Part shown: in pieces, positions 46,614 through 57,168 of the stretch
How the letters are laid out: each line of letters opens with the position of its first letter
How positions within the stretch are numbered: the stretch's first letter is position 1
Assembly (NCBI GenBank): GCA_000146045.2
Contig: BK006936.2
Coordinates: 352,001 to 416,000, forward strand
Length of the DNA stretch: 64,000 bases
Direction of reading: 5' to 3'
Source: TPA_inf: Saccharomyces
Taxonomy: Eukaryota
The notes under the pieces: generated by a model
Databases searched by the model: none
What the model was told of the DNA's origin: nothing
The model's input: only the letters and a program-made list of their open reading frames with translations
Made by a program: the position numbers and the translations under genes

Positions 46614-48890
46614 TTATGCGGATTGGGTCATCAACTCAACAAGCTCGTTCACGGGATCTTCATCGTGCCTTGCGGTTTCAATGTTGGTCAAGGTCTTTTT
46701 AATACCGACATTGAAGTTAGGACAGCTCCTTGATAATTCATTAATAACTTTAACTCTACCAGCATCGTCAAGAAAGTTTGATTCTATCATGACGTTGTTC
46801 AATTCATCTAAATTGGTCATATTTGGAACTGCTATCTCATTGTCGAAGCAACTCAAGATATCCATTTGTTGAAGTACCGAATAAGCTGATGTAGTAGTCA
46901 TGATCAATAAACGACGGTCTTGTGGGGGTTTACGCTTCAATGCAACCTTTAGCATTTGTAAAATGTTATTAGAGAATCTTGGACCAATTGGTACCCAATC
47001 AACTAGAGTCTCTAACGAATCAATAACAAGAATGTTTAGTGGAGATTTATACGCATCTCTGAAAGTGTTATCAATATAGGCAATTTTTGCGCTTTCTGAC
47101 ATGCCTGACAACTCGTTGGGAGAAATTAACCTGATGAATGGGAATCCAGATTTTAAAGCAATTTCAGCGGCTAAAGCTGTTTTACCGGACCCTGCAGGGC
47201 CGTGGATTAATAGAGATACTAACCTGGATTTATCACTCTCGCGAACTTGGCGGACGTAACGGGCTCCGTTCTTCAATATTGAGTTAACTCGTTCGGAATA
47301 AAGCATCATTCCACCTTCCACACATGTTTTCAAATCTTCTTCACTAATCCCAAAAGCGGGAGTAACATCGTTGAGTGCATTTAAAAAGTCTTCTCTTGTT
47401 ACTTTAAGTTTTGCTATATCTTTAGTGTTAAGTTTTGTGGCACCTTTCCCGATGTTGACGGTTTTGTTGATTGCAAAAGAACTTGCACTCTTCACTAAAC
47501 CCTCAATCTCAGCACCAGAGAAGTTTTTTGTTAACGCAGCTAACTCAGCTAAGTTAACATCGTCGCTCATCATATTATTTTCCCTCATTTTCTTCGTCTG
47601 AATGTCGAAAATTTGGAGTCTTCCTTTTTCATCGGGTAAATGAATTTCAACTTGGACTTCAAATCTACCTGGACGCAAAAGAGCACTGTCTATTAAATCT
47701 TTACGATTGGTCATACCAATAACCAAAATATTATTCAATTGATCAACACCATCCATTTTAGCTAACAATTGATTAACTACATTGTCCCCTACACCGGTAC
47801 CATCACCTCTTGAACCTCTCTGCTTGAAAACAGAATCCAGCTCATCGAAAATAATAATATGTAAGGAAGATTCCTCACCCTTGGCCCTATATTCTGCTTC
47901 TGCATCCTTAAATAAATTACGAATGTTTTCTTCTGAAGAACCAACGTACTTACTCAAAATTTCTGGACCATTGACGATTTTGGGCTCTTTGGCATTCAGC
48001 ATTGTACCAATCTTTCTTGCAATTAAGGTCTTACCAGTACCTGGAGGACCGTACAATAGCAAACCTTTAACATGAGAAATACCCAGTTTTTCTATAACTG
48101 AAGGAGGAAAGATTCGACTTGCAAACGCTCTTCTGAAAATTTTAGTAAACTCTTTATCCAAACCACCGACACCCAAATCTTCAAACTTGAAATCCGGTCT
48201 GATCACAGCATTTGATCTTGGTCTTAATGAATTTGATGATTTCAAATTAACTAAACCATCTCTTCCTTTGAAAAAATTAATTTGTGTTTGTTTTGTCAAA
48301 ATTCCCTTTGTCTCTATCCCAGTTGCAACAGCGGAGGTTGGTTCAATATCACCCAAATCGATTGCTTGGACATTTCTAATTTTTAAGTCAAAGAAATGGC
48401 CTTGGAACTCCATGATAAGGTACTGGGTGGGAGAAAATATTTGAGATTCGTAGCAACGAACAAATTGTTTGGCTAACTCATCTTGATCGAATACCGTGCT
48501 TACCGCCTTACCTCTAGCTCTGAATGAGATATCTATATCTATTGAACCAAGATACGATTGCTTACCGGAATACTTGAATAAATCAAATGCTTTTGCTTGC
48601 ACGTCTTGATTTAGGGACCAACCACCCCAGGTACGCTGGTTACCGTTAAATCCAATGGTTCCCGGTGGAATGTCGTTGGAGTGTCTAGTTGTGAAAACAA
48701 ATAAATTATCGATAATAATATAAATGTTATTAGGGAAATCATTTGGTGAGACAGCAGCTACGTTTGCGAGTGCATAGGAGTTATTTGGACAGTTTGACAC
48801 CTTTAAATGGCGTGTACGGGTATCCATGTTTGTCATATCTGGTGGAGTATGATTTGCAGCAGCTTTTCCAAAACCAGGTATCTTGAACAT
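46614..48890 (-). CDS. SEC18: SEC18 (YBR080C), NSF AAA+ ATPase for SNARE disassembly, 758 aa
   Basis: The first track codon is TTG. The real ATG is at M3 ('cat' at 48888..48890), giving MFKIPGFGKAAANHTPPDM... and 758 aa. Two AAA domains carry Walker A motifs GPPGTGKT and GPAGSGKT. Confidence 0.95.
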   Translation of the reverse strand: MFKIPGFGKAAANHTPPDMTNMDTRTRHLKVSNCPNNSYALANVAAVSPNDFPNNIYIIIDNLFVFTTRHSNDIPPGTIGFNGNQRTWGGWSLNQDVQAKAFDLFKYSGKQSYLGSIDIDISFRARGKAVSTVFDQDELAKQFVRCYESQIFSPTQYLIMEFQGHFFDLKIRNVQAIDLGDIEPTSAVATGIETKGILTKQTQINFFKGRDGLVNLKSSNSLRPRSNAVIRPDFKFEDLGVGGLDKEFTKIFRRAFASRIFPPSVIEKLGISHVKGLLLYGPPGTGKTLIARKIGTMLNAKEPKIVNGPEILSKYVGSSEENIRNLFKDAEAEYRAKGEESSLHIIIFDELDSVFKQRGSRGDGTGVGDNVVNQLLAKMDGVDQLNNILVIGMTNRKDLIDSALLRPGRFEVQVEIHLPDEKGRLQIFDIQTKKMRENNMMSDDVNLAELAALTKNFSGAEIEGLVKSASSFAINKTVNIGKGATKLNTKDIAKLKVTREDFLNALNDVTPAFGISEEDLKTCVEGGMMLYSERVNSILKNGARYVRQVRESDKSRLVSLLIHGPAGSGKTALAAEIALKSGFPFIRLISPNELSGMSESAKIAYIDNTFRDAYKSPLNILVIDSLETLVDWVPIGPRFSNNILQMLKVALKRKPPQDRRLLIMTTTSAYSVLQQMDILSCFDNEIAVPNMTNLDELNNVMIESNFLDDAGRVKVINELSRSCPNFNVGIKKTLTNIETARHDEDPVNELVELMTQSA

Positions 48891-49252
48891 ACTCAATTTA
48901 TAAAGGCTGAATATACGGTACTATTTGCTCTTATCTTTGAGAGAAACAACGGTAGTACTTAAAGGCTACGAATAAGCCAATTTCATGAATCTCGAAATTT
49001 GGTACGCCTAACGTATAGTGTGATACCGAATTAACCCATGGGAAATACCTTTTTTTAGTGACGCTACGCTTGTGTAAAGAGAAAAAAATACTAGGTGACA
49101 TTTTAGAGAGGGTACTGCAGAAGTATAAAGCGTACTCTGAGTATTAAAGTGCATTGAATTGGAATCCTACATCAACTACAAGTAAATAGTACAACCTTTA
49201 TAAGCAAATGTATTTAATTAAAGATAAAATATTCAACTATTTAGCGCGCTCA

Positions 49253-52200
49253 TTATTGATTAAGGCGAGGAAGGCTCAAGCTAAATGAACTATTGCTGCC
49301 CATATTGGTATCATCAAAAGCATCATCCATATCCAAAGGATCTAAAGGTTGAGGCGTTCGCAAAAATAAGGAAGAATCTCCATCATTTTCTGCACCCACT
49401 TTGGCGTTTACAGTTGTTGTTGGATCCGCTTTTACGTCGTTTTCCAAGTCTTCTTCTGGAAGTATAAACGCGCTTGCGATCGGTTTCTTTTTGTATGTGG
49501 TACTTATCTTACCAGTAGGAGGTAATCTTGCCTTCGTTGCGGTTTTCTTTGAGACAAACTGATCCTCTTCTAGTAAAGCGAAAGAATTGTCTTCTGTGGA
49601 AGTCATTGAGGTTTTATCATTTGCAGATGACTTGCTTTGCTTTGCTATATAGGCCTTGGAACGTTCATAATCTTTTTGTAATAGGGGAAGTAGAGTATTC
49701 CAGAATGAACCAGCATCCAGCATACCTTTTGTAATTTTCTTATACACAATGCTGTCTGATTCTTCCGGTTGGATCTTTTTGGCCTGCACTTTGGTTTCCC
49801 CGTCAACAGTTTGAAACTGAGTAGTCAGTAACTGTAATGGAACAGATGAACTCAAAACTCCAAACTCCTTTTCTAATCCAAGCTCTCTAAAACCAAAGAA
49901 GTCTTCACCAGTCAATTCGCTGGCAAAGTCACCTGTAAAAAAGCTTTGGCTCTCGTCTTCAAAGTTTCTCTCGGACAACTCCTGCAAAGTTGGCCTTAAT
50001 AAGGCTCTCAAAAAGCTTTCTAGTTTCTGTTTGATGTCCTGAAGTTTCTTAGTTTTTTTACCAAATTCAGATTCAACATAGGAAAATAGATCGTCTGGCC
50101 TGTTGATACCGTTTTCCAACAGTGTTGTTTGCAGCATTTCCACATTTGTTCCTCTATTTAAGGAGTTAGTTTCATGATGAAGCTTCAAAGTCTTTATCAG
50201 ATTAGATAGGTAATCCCCGGCGATTTCAGTAAGCATGTTTATTGCTGATGGATGGGCAGTTTCAAACCCATTGGCCATAGCAACCTTAGATATGTTCTTA
50301 TGCATGAATTTCCATATCAGCTCCCTGTTGTTTTTGTAATCATGCGTTGGAAGCTGTGACACCGGATCAATATCGAGTGAGTCATCAATAATAGTGTAAT
50401 TATAAATGTGGTTGTTAAGGAAAGCGTTGGGATTGCTTCTGGAGTTTTGAGCCGATAAAGGGCTCTGTAACATTCTGATCAGGGATATTTTATGGCATAT
50501 GTGCCTAATTTGCTGAATCAGTGTGATATTTTGGTTCATTTTAGGTGTTAGTCCTAAATCCTTGTTAGCCAGAAATCTGCTTTGTTTGTTGATACCATTT
50601 TGAAGCATGCGGTCCACGGAAGCGTCTTCCATCTTGTCTAATGTTTTAGTATTTACTCCCTCGTATACTATGTCAGGAATGGCGTTACTAATATCATATT
50701 CCTGTAGGAATCTGGTATCATCTAACTCAATATCATTGGGTTGCTTTTCAAAAGCTTCATTTCCATTTAAAGAGTGATCATTATGAAACTGCAATTGGTC
50801 ATCGTCTTCCTGTTTTAGTACTGTTCCAAAGCCATTTTTCATAATGGAATTTTGCTCTATTTTTTGACGATATGATTCTAAAGCTTTCTGCTCTTTATAT
50901 TCAAGAAAAAGCTGGTCGAACCTTTTCATTCTTTGTGGGTTTTTCAAAAACGCCTCTGAATCACTATTTAATTTTCCATTTTTAAAATATTCAGTTCTTT
51001 TTAAGCAAATTTCCGCACGAACTTTGGCAGTTACAGTTTTCCACACGGATATTTCCAAATCGTCTCTATCGTCATCCTTTTCAAGTAAATAAGATTGGGA
51101 GTCGACCATGTCTTCGTCTTCATCTTCGTCATCATCATCCTCTTCCTCTTCATTATTTTCCCCAGCCTCCTTATTTTCTGCAGTTTTATCTTGTAGTCCG
51201 TCTTCCGTATCCTTTTTGGCAGCATCAGCATCTTTTGATGAATCCTCAGTCTTACTACTTTCCTCAACCATATCTTGCTCTTCATTTTTCCCATTTTCTT
51301 TTATTTCGTTCTTATTTACATTTTCGTGTACCGTTACAGTAGATGAAGCAGTTTTATCTTTCTCTTTTTCCCCCTCAGGGATGACAGAAGTTAGTTTGTC
51401 ATCATTGGTTGGTGCTTCATCCTTGACGGTTTTAGAGCTATCTTTTTCTGACACCTTGCCATTCTCTTTGGCCAACATATGAGCTCCCATATTCAATCCT
51501 TTTCTTCCAGAACCAGCAACTTCCTCTTCCTCATCTAATTCGTAGTCTTTGTCTTTTTCCATATCTTCAATTTCCTTTTCTAAATCAGCCCTGTTTCGGA
51601 TTGTGATATTTGGAATCATGCGAATCAACTGAAGAGATTTCTTCTGCATAGCAATAGCATGCCCTCTCAAAAAATGTGAAGGATCTGAATTATAGGTCAA
51701 ACAATTTTTCCATATTAGCATAATATCGTCTACAAATTCTTGTTTGGAGTCATATTGAAAGCTTTTCAGTTTTTTTAAAACAGTATTCAGGTCCATGGAC
51801 TTTTTGATGATTTGATGATAATTGGGGGCTTCTCTTTTGCTCACTTTATTCAGAAATGGTGTAGAATGCTCAGTGTAGTTTCTAAGTTCCAAAACAACCT
51901 TTTCACAGGCTTCGTATAATTCCTCTTGCCCAATTCTTTCATCCGATGTCCATTTTGACCGATTTTTTCTGACATCCATAATCAGATGTTTTAATTCGTA
52001 ATCTGATATTCCTAATTGGGATTTTTTTTGCTGGATAGATGATAGAAGGTGCTTTAATGATAAATTTTCGATGCCTAGATTGACTGTTAAATCTAAATTA
52101 CTTTGTTTGGGGCGCTTGTTCCCAGTATCGCTGAATGTTGAACCTTCAGGAGTGGGCAATTTTTGATTAGTATCTGGCTCATCATTTGTATTTTCGCGAT

Positions 52201-53251
52201 CTTGTTCATCGGTAGCTGCTTCTAAATCACTTCGACTTCGTTTCTTCTTTCCTTTCTCTATCATTTTATCGCTTTCTTCAAGTTTTAATCGCTTTATCAT
52301 AGTTTCTTTATCGTATTCAAAACTGTGGTAAATTTTGTTCCAATTTCCCATAATTTCTTCTACATTATTTGTTTTTAACTTTGACAGTGTTTCTTTTGAT
52401 ATTGAGATATTTAGCACCAAGCGTCGTTCATCGTCAATTTCGATATTAGAAGAGGAAATAGAATCGAGATTTTTTGGAGGATCATCGACATTTTTTACGT
52501 CTGTACTGTCTTCATCATAGTTCTCGTCTTCATCGTCGTAATCTTCATCCTCGGCGAACTTCGAAATACCTTCTTTGTTTTGTGGCTTCTCATTTTTACC
52601 AATTTCCTCTTCCTCCTTCTCTTCAACATCTAATAGGGTGTATTCTGTATCATTTTCATCACCAAACTCATTACGATCACAGTATATATAATCTATGGCG
52701 CACTGCCACAAGACGTATCTGATTTTCAAGGATAAGTTTCCAATAAACCTTGTTCCGCTTATTTGCTGCTTCAAGTCCTCTAGATCTAATTTGAATAAGT
52801 CTTCTTCAACATTATCACTTTCGTCATTATTCACAAAATTATCTTCATTTGCTATTGCGTTATCGCCTTTATCTTCAATTTCATTTTCAACATGATTTTC
52901 ATTGCTGATACTGGTGTTGGTATTAGTATTGTTATTGTCCTTAATTGTTTGTGATGATACATCATCTGATCGTGTGTCAACGGCAGGAGAGACCGCTCCG
53001 TGATGTTCTTCTTCTTGGGTTAATGGAAATGATTTTTCGACATTTAATGCTATGTTTCCCTTTAAGAAATAGTCCCATGCTTTCAGTTTGTCTTCTTCAC
53101 TTGAAATCGACAGCAGGTATTCAAGAACGACCAATTGCTGAGAGGTTAAATAGAGATCAAAAAAGTTCTTGTTAAAAAGTTTTTCAGTCAATTTAAGTAA
53201 AGCTTTGGCATTTGTTCTTTGATAATTCTTTATTGGTATTCTTTCAGTCAT
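49253..53251 (-). CDS. SPT7: SPT7 (YBR081C), bromodomain-containing SAGA subunit, 1332 aa
   Basis: The 1332-aa ORF starts at an ATG. It has a bromodomain (MDLNTVLKKLKSFQYDSKQEFVDDIMLIWKNCLTYN), long acidic D/E tracts and a histone-fold-like C-terminal part. Confidence 0.95.
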   Translation of the reverse strand: MTERIPIKNYQRTNAKALLKLTEKLFNKNFFDLYLTSQQLVVLEYLLSISSEEDKLKAWDYFLKGNIALNVEKSFPLTQEEEHHGAVSPAVDTRSDDVSSQTIKDNNNTNTNTSISNENHVENEIEDKGDNAIANEDNFVNNDESDNVEEDLFKLDLEDLKQQISGTRFIGNLSLKIRYVLWQCAIDYIYCDRNEFGDENDTEYTLLDVEEKEEEEIGKNEKPQNKEGISKFAEDEDYDDEDENYDEDSTDVKNVDDPPKNLDSISSSNIEIDDERRLVLNISISKETLSKLKTNNVEEIMGNWNKIYHSFEYDKETMIKRLKLEESDKMIEKGKKKRSRSDLEAATDEQDRENTNDEPDTNQKLPTPEGSTFSDTGNKRPKQSNLDLTVNLGIENLSLKHLLSSIQQKKSQLGISDYELKHLIMDVRKNRSKWTSDERIGQEELYEACEKVVLELRNYTEHSTPFLNKVSKREAPNYHQIIKKSMDLNTVLKKLKSFQYDSKQEFVDDIMLIWKNCLTYNSDPSHFLRGHAIAMQKKSLQLIRMIPNITIRNRADLEKEIEDMEKDKDYELDEEEEVAGSGRKGLNMGAHMLAKENGKVSEKDSSKTVKDEAPTNDDKLTSVIPEGEKEKDKTASSTVTVHENVNKNEIKENGKNEEQDMVEESSKTEDSSKDADAAKKDTEDGLQDKTAENKEAGENNEEEEDDDDEDEDEDMVDSQSYLLEKDDDRDDLEISVWKTVTAKVRAEICLKRTEYFKNGKLNSDSEAFLKNPQRMKRFDQLFLEYKEQKALESYRQKIEQNSIMKNGFGTVLKQEDDDQLQFHNDHSLNGNEAFEKQPNDIELDDTRFLQEYDISNAIPDIVYEGVNTKTLDKMEDASVDRMLQNGINKQSRFLANKDLGLTPKMNQNITLIQQIRHICHKISLIRMLQSPLSAQNSRSNPNAFLNNHIYNYTIIDDSLDIDPVSQLPTHDYKNNRELIWKFMHKNISKVAMANGFETAHPSAINMLTEIAGDYLSNLIKTLKLHHETNSLNRGTNVEMLQTTLLENGINRPDDLFSYVESEFGKKTKKLQDIKQKLESFLRALLRPTLQELSERNFEDESQSFFTGDFASELTGEDFFGFRELGLEKEFGVLSSSVPLQLLTTQFQTVDGETKVQAKKIQPEESDSIVYKKITKGMLDAGSFWNTLLPLLQKDYERSKAYIAKQSKSSANDKTSMTSTEDNSFALLEEDQFVSKKTATKARLPPTGKISTTYKKKPIASAFILPEEDLENDVKADPTTTVNAKVGAENDGDSSLFLRTPQPLDPLDMDDAFDDTNMGSNSSFSLSLPRLNQ

Positions 53252-53877
53252 TATTCAGACTTAATTTCTTTGTAGTGTTACAGTTTAAAGAGTAACCAAC
53301 AATTTTCACTGATCCGAAGTTCAATCTGAAAAAAGGAAAGATCTTATTGTTTGACTTGCTAAATAAATAAAAGATGTATTTTGCCAACTTCTCCAATGAT
53401 CTTTTTTCCTTTGTACATCTAACATAATTGAAGACTTACGAGTGTACATTCACTTTTCATTACTTGGATCTGAAATATTAGAAAGTTACCCGTACCATCA
53501 AGAATATAATCGCAGCCCTAATAATTATTCACTGGAGTTAGTCCCAACAAGCATTCCTGTAGAGATTTATTTCAGTTAAAGCTGGCCAGCATTTGACCAA
53601 TTTTCCTATATGTACAATAAAAGAGCATAAGGTTTCAGTGGGGTATTTTACCTTTAAAAAAATTTCGTCTTTATTCTAAAAAGCCAATTGAAATATGCTA
53701 ACTTTCATTTAATATATCCTTGCATTGGTATTTATACAGATATATTACAGATATAAGTCTTTAATACAAGCCGACACCAAAAACAAATGAATTGTCATAC
53801 AAGAATAATACTGGAAGCACATCCATCTTTAGAGGAAACATGTTTTCGTTATTTCATAAAACCTTCAACAAATAGTA

Positions 53878-53949
53878 GCTCGCGTGGCGTAATGGCAACG
53901 CGTCTGACTTCTAATCAGAAGATTATGGGTTCGACCCCCATCGTGAGTG
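53878..53949 (+). tRNA. tR(UCU)B: tRNA-Arg (anticodon UCU), 72 nt; first gene of an Arg-Asp tandem pair
   Basis: GCTCGCGTGGCGTAATGGCAACGCGTCTGACT-TCT-AATCAGAAGATTATGGGTTCGACCCCCATCGTGAGTG. It has an A-box TGGCGTAATGG and a B-box GGTTCGACCCC, and the acceptor stem pairs G1-T72...G7-C66. Confidence 0.95.
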
Positions 53950-53959
53950 CTTTGTTTCT

Positions 53960-54031
53960 TCCGTGATAGTTTAATGGTCAGAATGGGCGCTTGTCGCGTG
54001 CCAGATCGGGGTTCAATTCCCCGTCGCGGAG
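53960..54031 (+). tRNA. tD(GUC)B: tRNA-Asp (anticodon GUC), 72 nt; second gene of the tandem pair, 10 bp downstream of tRNA-Arg
   Basis: TCCGTGATAGTTTAATGGTCAGAATGGGCGCTT-GTC-GCGTGCCAGATCGGGGTTCAATTCCCCGTCGCGGAG, with a B-box GGTTCAATTCC. It is followed by the T7 run at 54033..54039. Confidence 0.95.
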
Positions 54032-54032
54032 A

Positions 54033-54039
54033 TTTTTTT
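54033..54039 (+). terminator. Pol III terminator T-tract (T7) immediately after tRNA-Asp
   Basis: The sequence is gaTTTTTTTg, directly after the discriminator position of tRNA-Asp. No T-run of 4 or more lies between the two tRNAs, so the pair is terminated together. Confidence 0.85.
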
Positions 54040-54627
54040 GGCTACTCCTGCAGTTATTCTTCTGCCTCCTTAGTACAGTGTAATGCTCCTCAGAATTTTT
54101 GCCAAACAGAGAACCAGTCATTGATCGTTGATTACATATACTAGCTATGCGTTGAACTTCAAAAATTTAAATAGGCTTCACCCCAGAAATGATGTTAATG
54201 ACAATAGTAATTAACCTACAGATAGACTAGAAATGAAAAAGGTACGGTTAACGTTGACGCTCCCTCGACAAGTTAGGTCAAATATGAACCACAACTGAAA
54301 TATATGCGGGATATACCCGCGCTTGCGTGCATGTAACTAAGCAAAAATTCTCCATACTGTTCGAGGAAAAAAATGTTCATGAATCTCCCCTGAATAAATT
54401 AAATTAAGGTTTACGATTCGAGTTGTTTGGAAAAAAAAAAAAAGGTTCCCCTGTACTGTTGCCAACAATAGTCTTATATCTTATATCAGTAAATCTATGT
54501 TATTAGAGATAGAATATACATATATTTTATTGTATTCTTTCTTAAATACATTGTATCTAATATTCTTTTCATCGTCCAATCCCATATAAATCTTGCTTCT
54601 CTTTTTCAGCTGAGTAAGGACTTCTGT

Positions 54628-55169
<542 letters not shown>

Positions 55170-55472
55170 GTTTTTTTGGATGCTTGTTTATGTATGTACT
55201 CTATAGTCAGTGAAATTTATTTACTTGTGGCGATAGTGATTTTCCTGGCTTCTTTACTTTATTTTTTTTCAGGATAGATTTATTCTCTGGATTATTTATT
55301 AAGATGAAAAATAAGAATAAAGAAAAAGAAAGAAGGATGAAGAAAAAAGAAAAATACAGGCCAAGGCCTTTCAAGGTGAGCTGTTGCCAGGTTTTTCCGC
55401 AGCGGGAAAAATCTCGCAGACCATGTGACCGCCGGTACTCCTTTTCCTGTTGCTCGGCCATTTGATCCTCGC

Positions 55473-55480
55473 TTCGAGAA
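55473..55480 (-). promoter_or_regulatory. UBC4: HSE-like two-unit element TTCgaGAA about 305 bp upstream of the UBC4 ATG
   Basis: The core reads gcTTCgaGAAaa. UBC4 is known to be heat-inducible. The element has only two units, so confidence is low. Confidence 0.3.
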
Positions 55481-56031
55481 AAACTATAACAATTGATTAG
55501 TGCGGAGAGGAGGATAGGCGGTAAGATCAGTTTTGTTTATTGTATAAATGAGATACTTTGGAATAAGGACATTAGCCTTATGTTACATCATTTCTTATCA
55601 CGTAAGACTACTTATTGTCAAACTTTTTATGAAGTCATAAGGTGGACATATGAATAGTGCAGTTACCCTTGTTCAGGAATGACACCTTGTGCATTCCAGT
55701 GAGAAAGGAATGTTGACTAAAACAGTAGCTGTGCTTTTTTTTTTCTTTTTTGCCTTTTTATTCTTAATGTTCAAGAAAACTTTCTTTCCATGGAATGTAT
55801 GAGGACCCTTTATTTTGAGGAATGGGTTCGAATTTATCATGCAAATTGGCAAGAATTTACTAAGTGGACTATATTTAAAGAGTTGAATTTTACGGTGAAA
55901 GTAAATTAACGCTACTTCTGTTGTTTTGGAAAAGCCAAGTTCAAGTTTCTTTTCTTGATTATTTATTCTCGTAACGATTTCGCTTTTCCTCTCTATATAT
56001 TTTCCTACTCCATTCTGTAAAGAGCTTCCAG

Positions 56032-56048
56032 AACAAAATATAAATAAA
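56032..56048 (-). promoter_or_regulatory. Candidate replication-origin core: a 17/17 match to the extended ARS consensus WWWWTTTAYRTTTWGTT (TTTATTTATATTTTGTT on the minus strand)
   Basis: RC of + 56032..56048 (aacaaaatataaataaa). The 11-bp ACS ATTTATATTTT is a perfect match and the 3' GTT is also present. It lies in the 2-kb UBC4-TEC1 intergenic region. Confidence 0.45.
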
Positions 56049-56659
56049 TAAAAAAAACTTCTCTTCAGGCAAGAGTACGTTCTTCGCTGGTTTCCTACAG
56101 AATCAAAAGAGTACTGCAGCTTATTGTACACACTTACAATATTCAAAACATGTGTGGCCTACTCGGTTCCTGGCAAGGTTAAGCCAAGTGGTGTAGTTAC
56201 CAGAAAAAAGTGAACACATACAAGATACGATGCGTAAGTACATAAGGTATGACAGCCTGTAACAAATCCACGTTAGATTTATATCTTCTAGGCTGAGAAT
56301 CTGGCAGGTTTTAGCAAAACATATATAACTTGCTCTCATTAAGCGGGCTCACTGCTTAAGCGATTGTTACCTGGAACTACAGGCAAGTACAATAGCCTCC
56401 TCCAGCTTTTGACTCTGAAAAAAAGGTAACGAAAGAAACTTTTCACACAGATAGGAACTATTCTAATATTACAGTAAAGCCAGCTATGGAATAACAGGTG
56501 GCATGTGCCCACTGTATTCATGTATGAGCGGCCTTTTTTTTCCACGAAAACAGATATGATGATGTTTTAGGCCAAAATGGTGAGATCCTTTTACAGGAAG
56601 ATTTTACGCCAACTCTTTCCATTTAGTGACACAGGTGAGGGTCTTTTATCGGCGCAAGG

Positions 56660-56666
56660 TGTTTCA
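56660..56666 (-). promoter_or_regulatory. TEC1: Ste12 pheromone-response element TGAAACA (reverse orientation), about 505 bp upstream of TEC1
   Basis: TGTTTCA on the + strand. Confidence 0.5.
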
Positions 56667-56768
56667 GATGAGCCATTTTGCCCGTAGTCCGGTTTAATCA
56701 GCCTCATTGGAATTCCCCGGCACCGCTCGCATTCCGCGTACGACTCAAAGAATTTCCCATTGAATTCG

Positions 56769-56785
56769 GGAATGTGCGTGTTTCA
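56769..56785. promoter_or_regulatory. TEC1: FRE-like composite: a Tec1 site GGAATG (TCS, RC CATTCC) 4 bp from a Ste12 PRE TGTTTCA
   Basis: GGAATGtgcgTGTTTCA, about 385-400 bp upstream of the TEC1 ATG. Filamentation response elements are adjacent TCS+PRE pairs, and TEC1 is autoregulated. Confidence 0.5.
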
Positions 56786-57009
56786 GATTGCGTTTGCTTA
56801 TTATTCTGGGAAACTCTCCGGAAACAAGCTGAGCTGGACTCCACGAATGGTCCCTCACAAGGCTCTTGGCTCATGCACAGTTAAAAAGCACCTGTAGCTA
56901 CCATCAGCAATCCATGGTGCTGGAGTTTCTCTCGATGGTACGGCCCATAGCTGGAGAAAATAGCTTATTACCAAAAAAGTAATTCCCCCGCAGAGGTATA
57001 TATTAAGTT

Positions 57010-57016
57010 TGAAACA
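57010..57016 (+). promoter_or_regulatory. TEC1: PRE TGAAACA about 155 bp upstream of the TEC1 ATG
   Basis: The sequence is gtttGAAACAaaag. Confidence 0.5.
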
Positions 57017-57074
57017 AAAGGCTTGCTTAATTTTTTACATATGACAACCCTTTTCTTACTTTTATAAATGTTTA

Positions 57075-57081
57075 TGAAACA
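57075..57081 (+). promoter_or_regulatory. TEC1: PRE TGAAACA about 90 bp upstream of the TEC1 ATG
   Basis: The sequence is tttaTGAAACAgg. Confidence 0.5.
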
Positions 57082-57168
57082 GGAGATTCTTCGACTGGTG
57101 CCAGATTCCTCCCATATCGACAAGAAGAATAATCCACCTATTTCAACAATTCTGATACCTGTTTAACC

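Noticed and set aside
51108-51482. 124-aa poly-Ser ORF on the plus strand within SPT7
   Set aside because: It is antisense to the GAA/GAT acidic-tract codons of SPT7.
55673-56146. 157-aa minus-strand ORF in the UBC4-TEC1 intergenic region
   Set aside because: It starts at TTG. The K-rich tail derives from A/T tracts. It overlaps the candidate ARS and Tec1-site cluster, and no ATG-initiated ORF of 60 aa or more exists.
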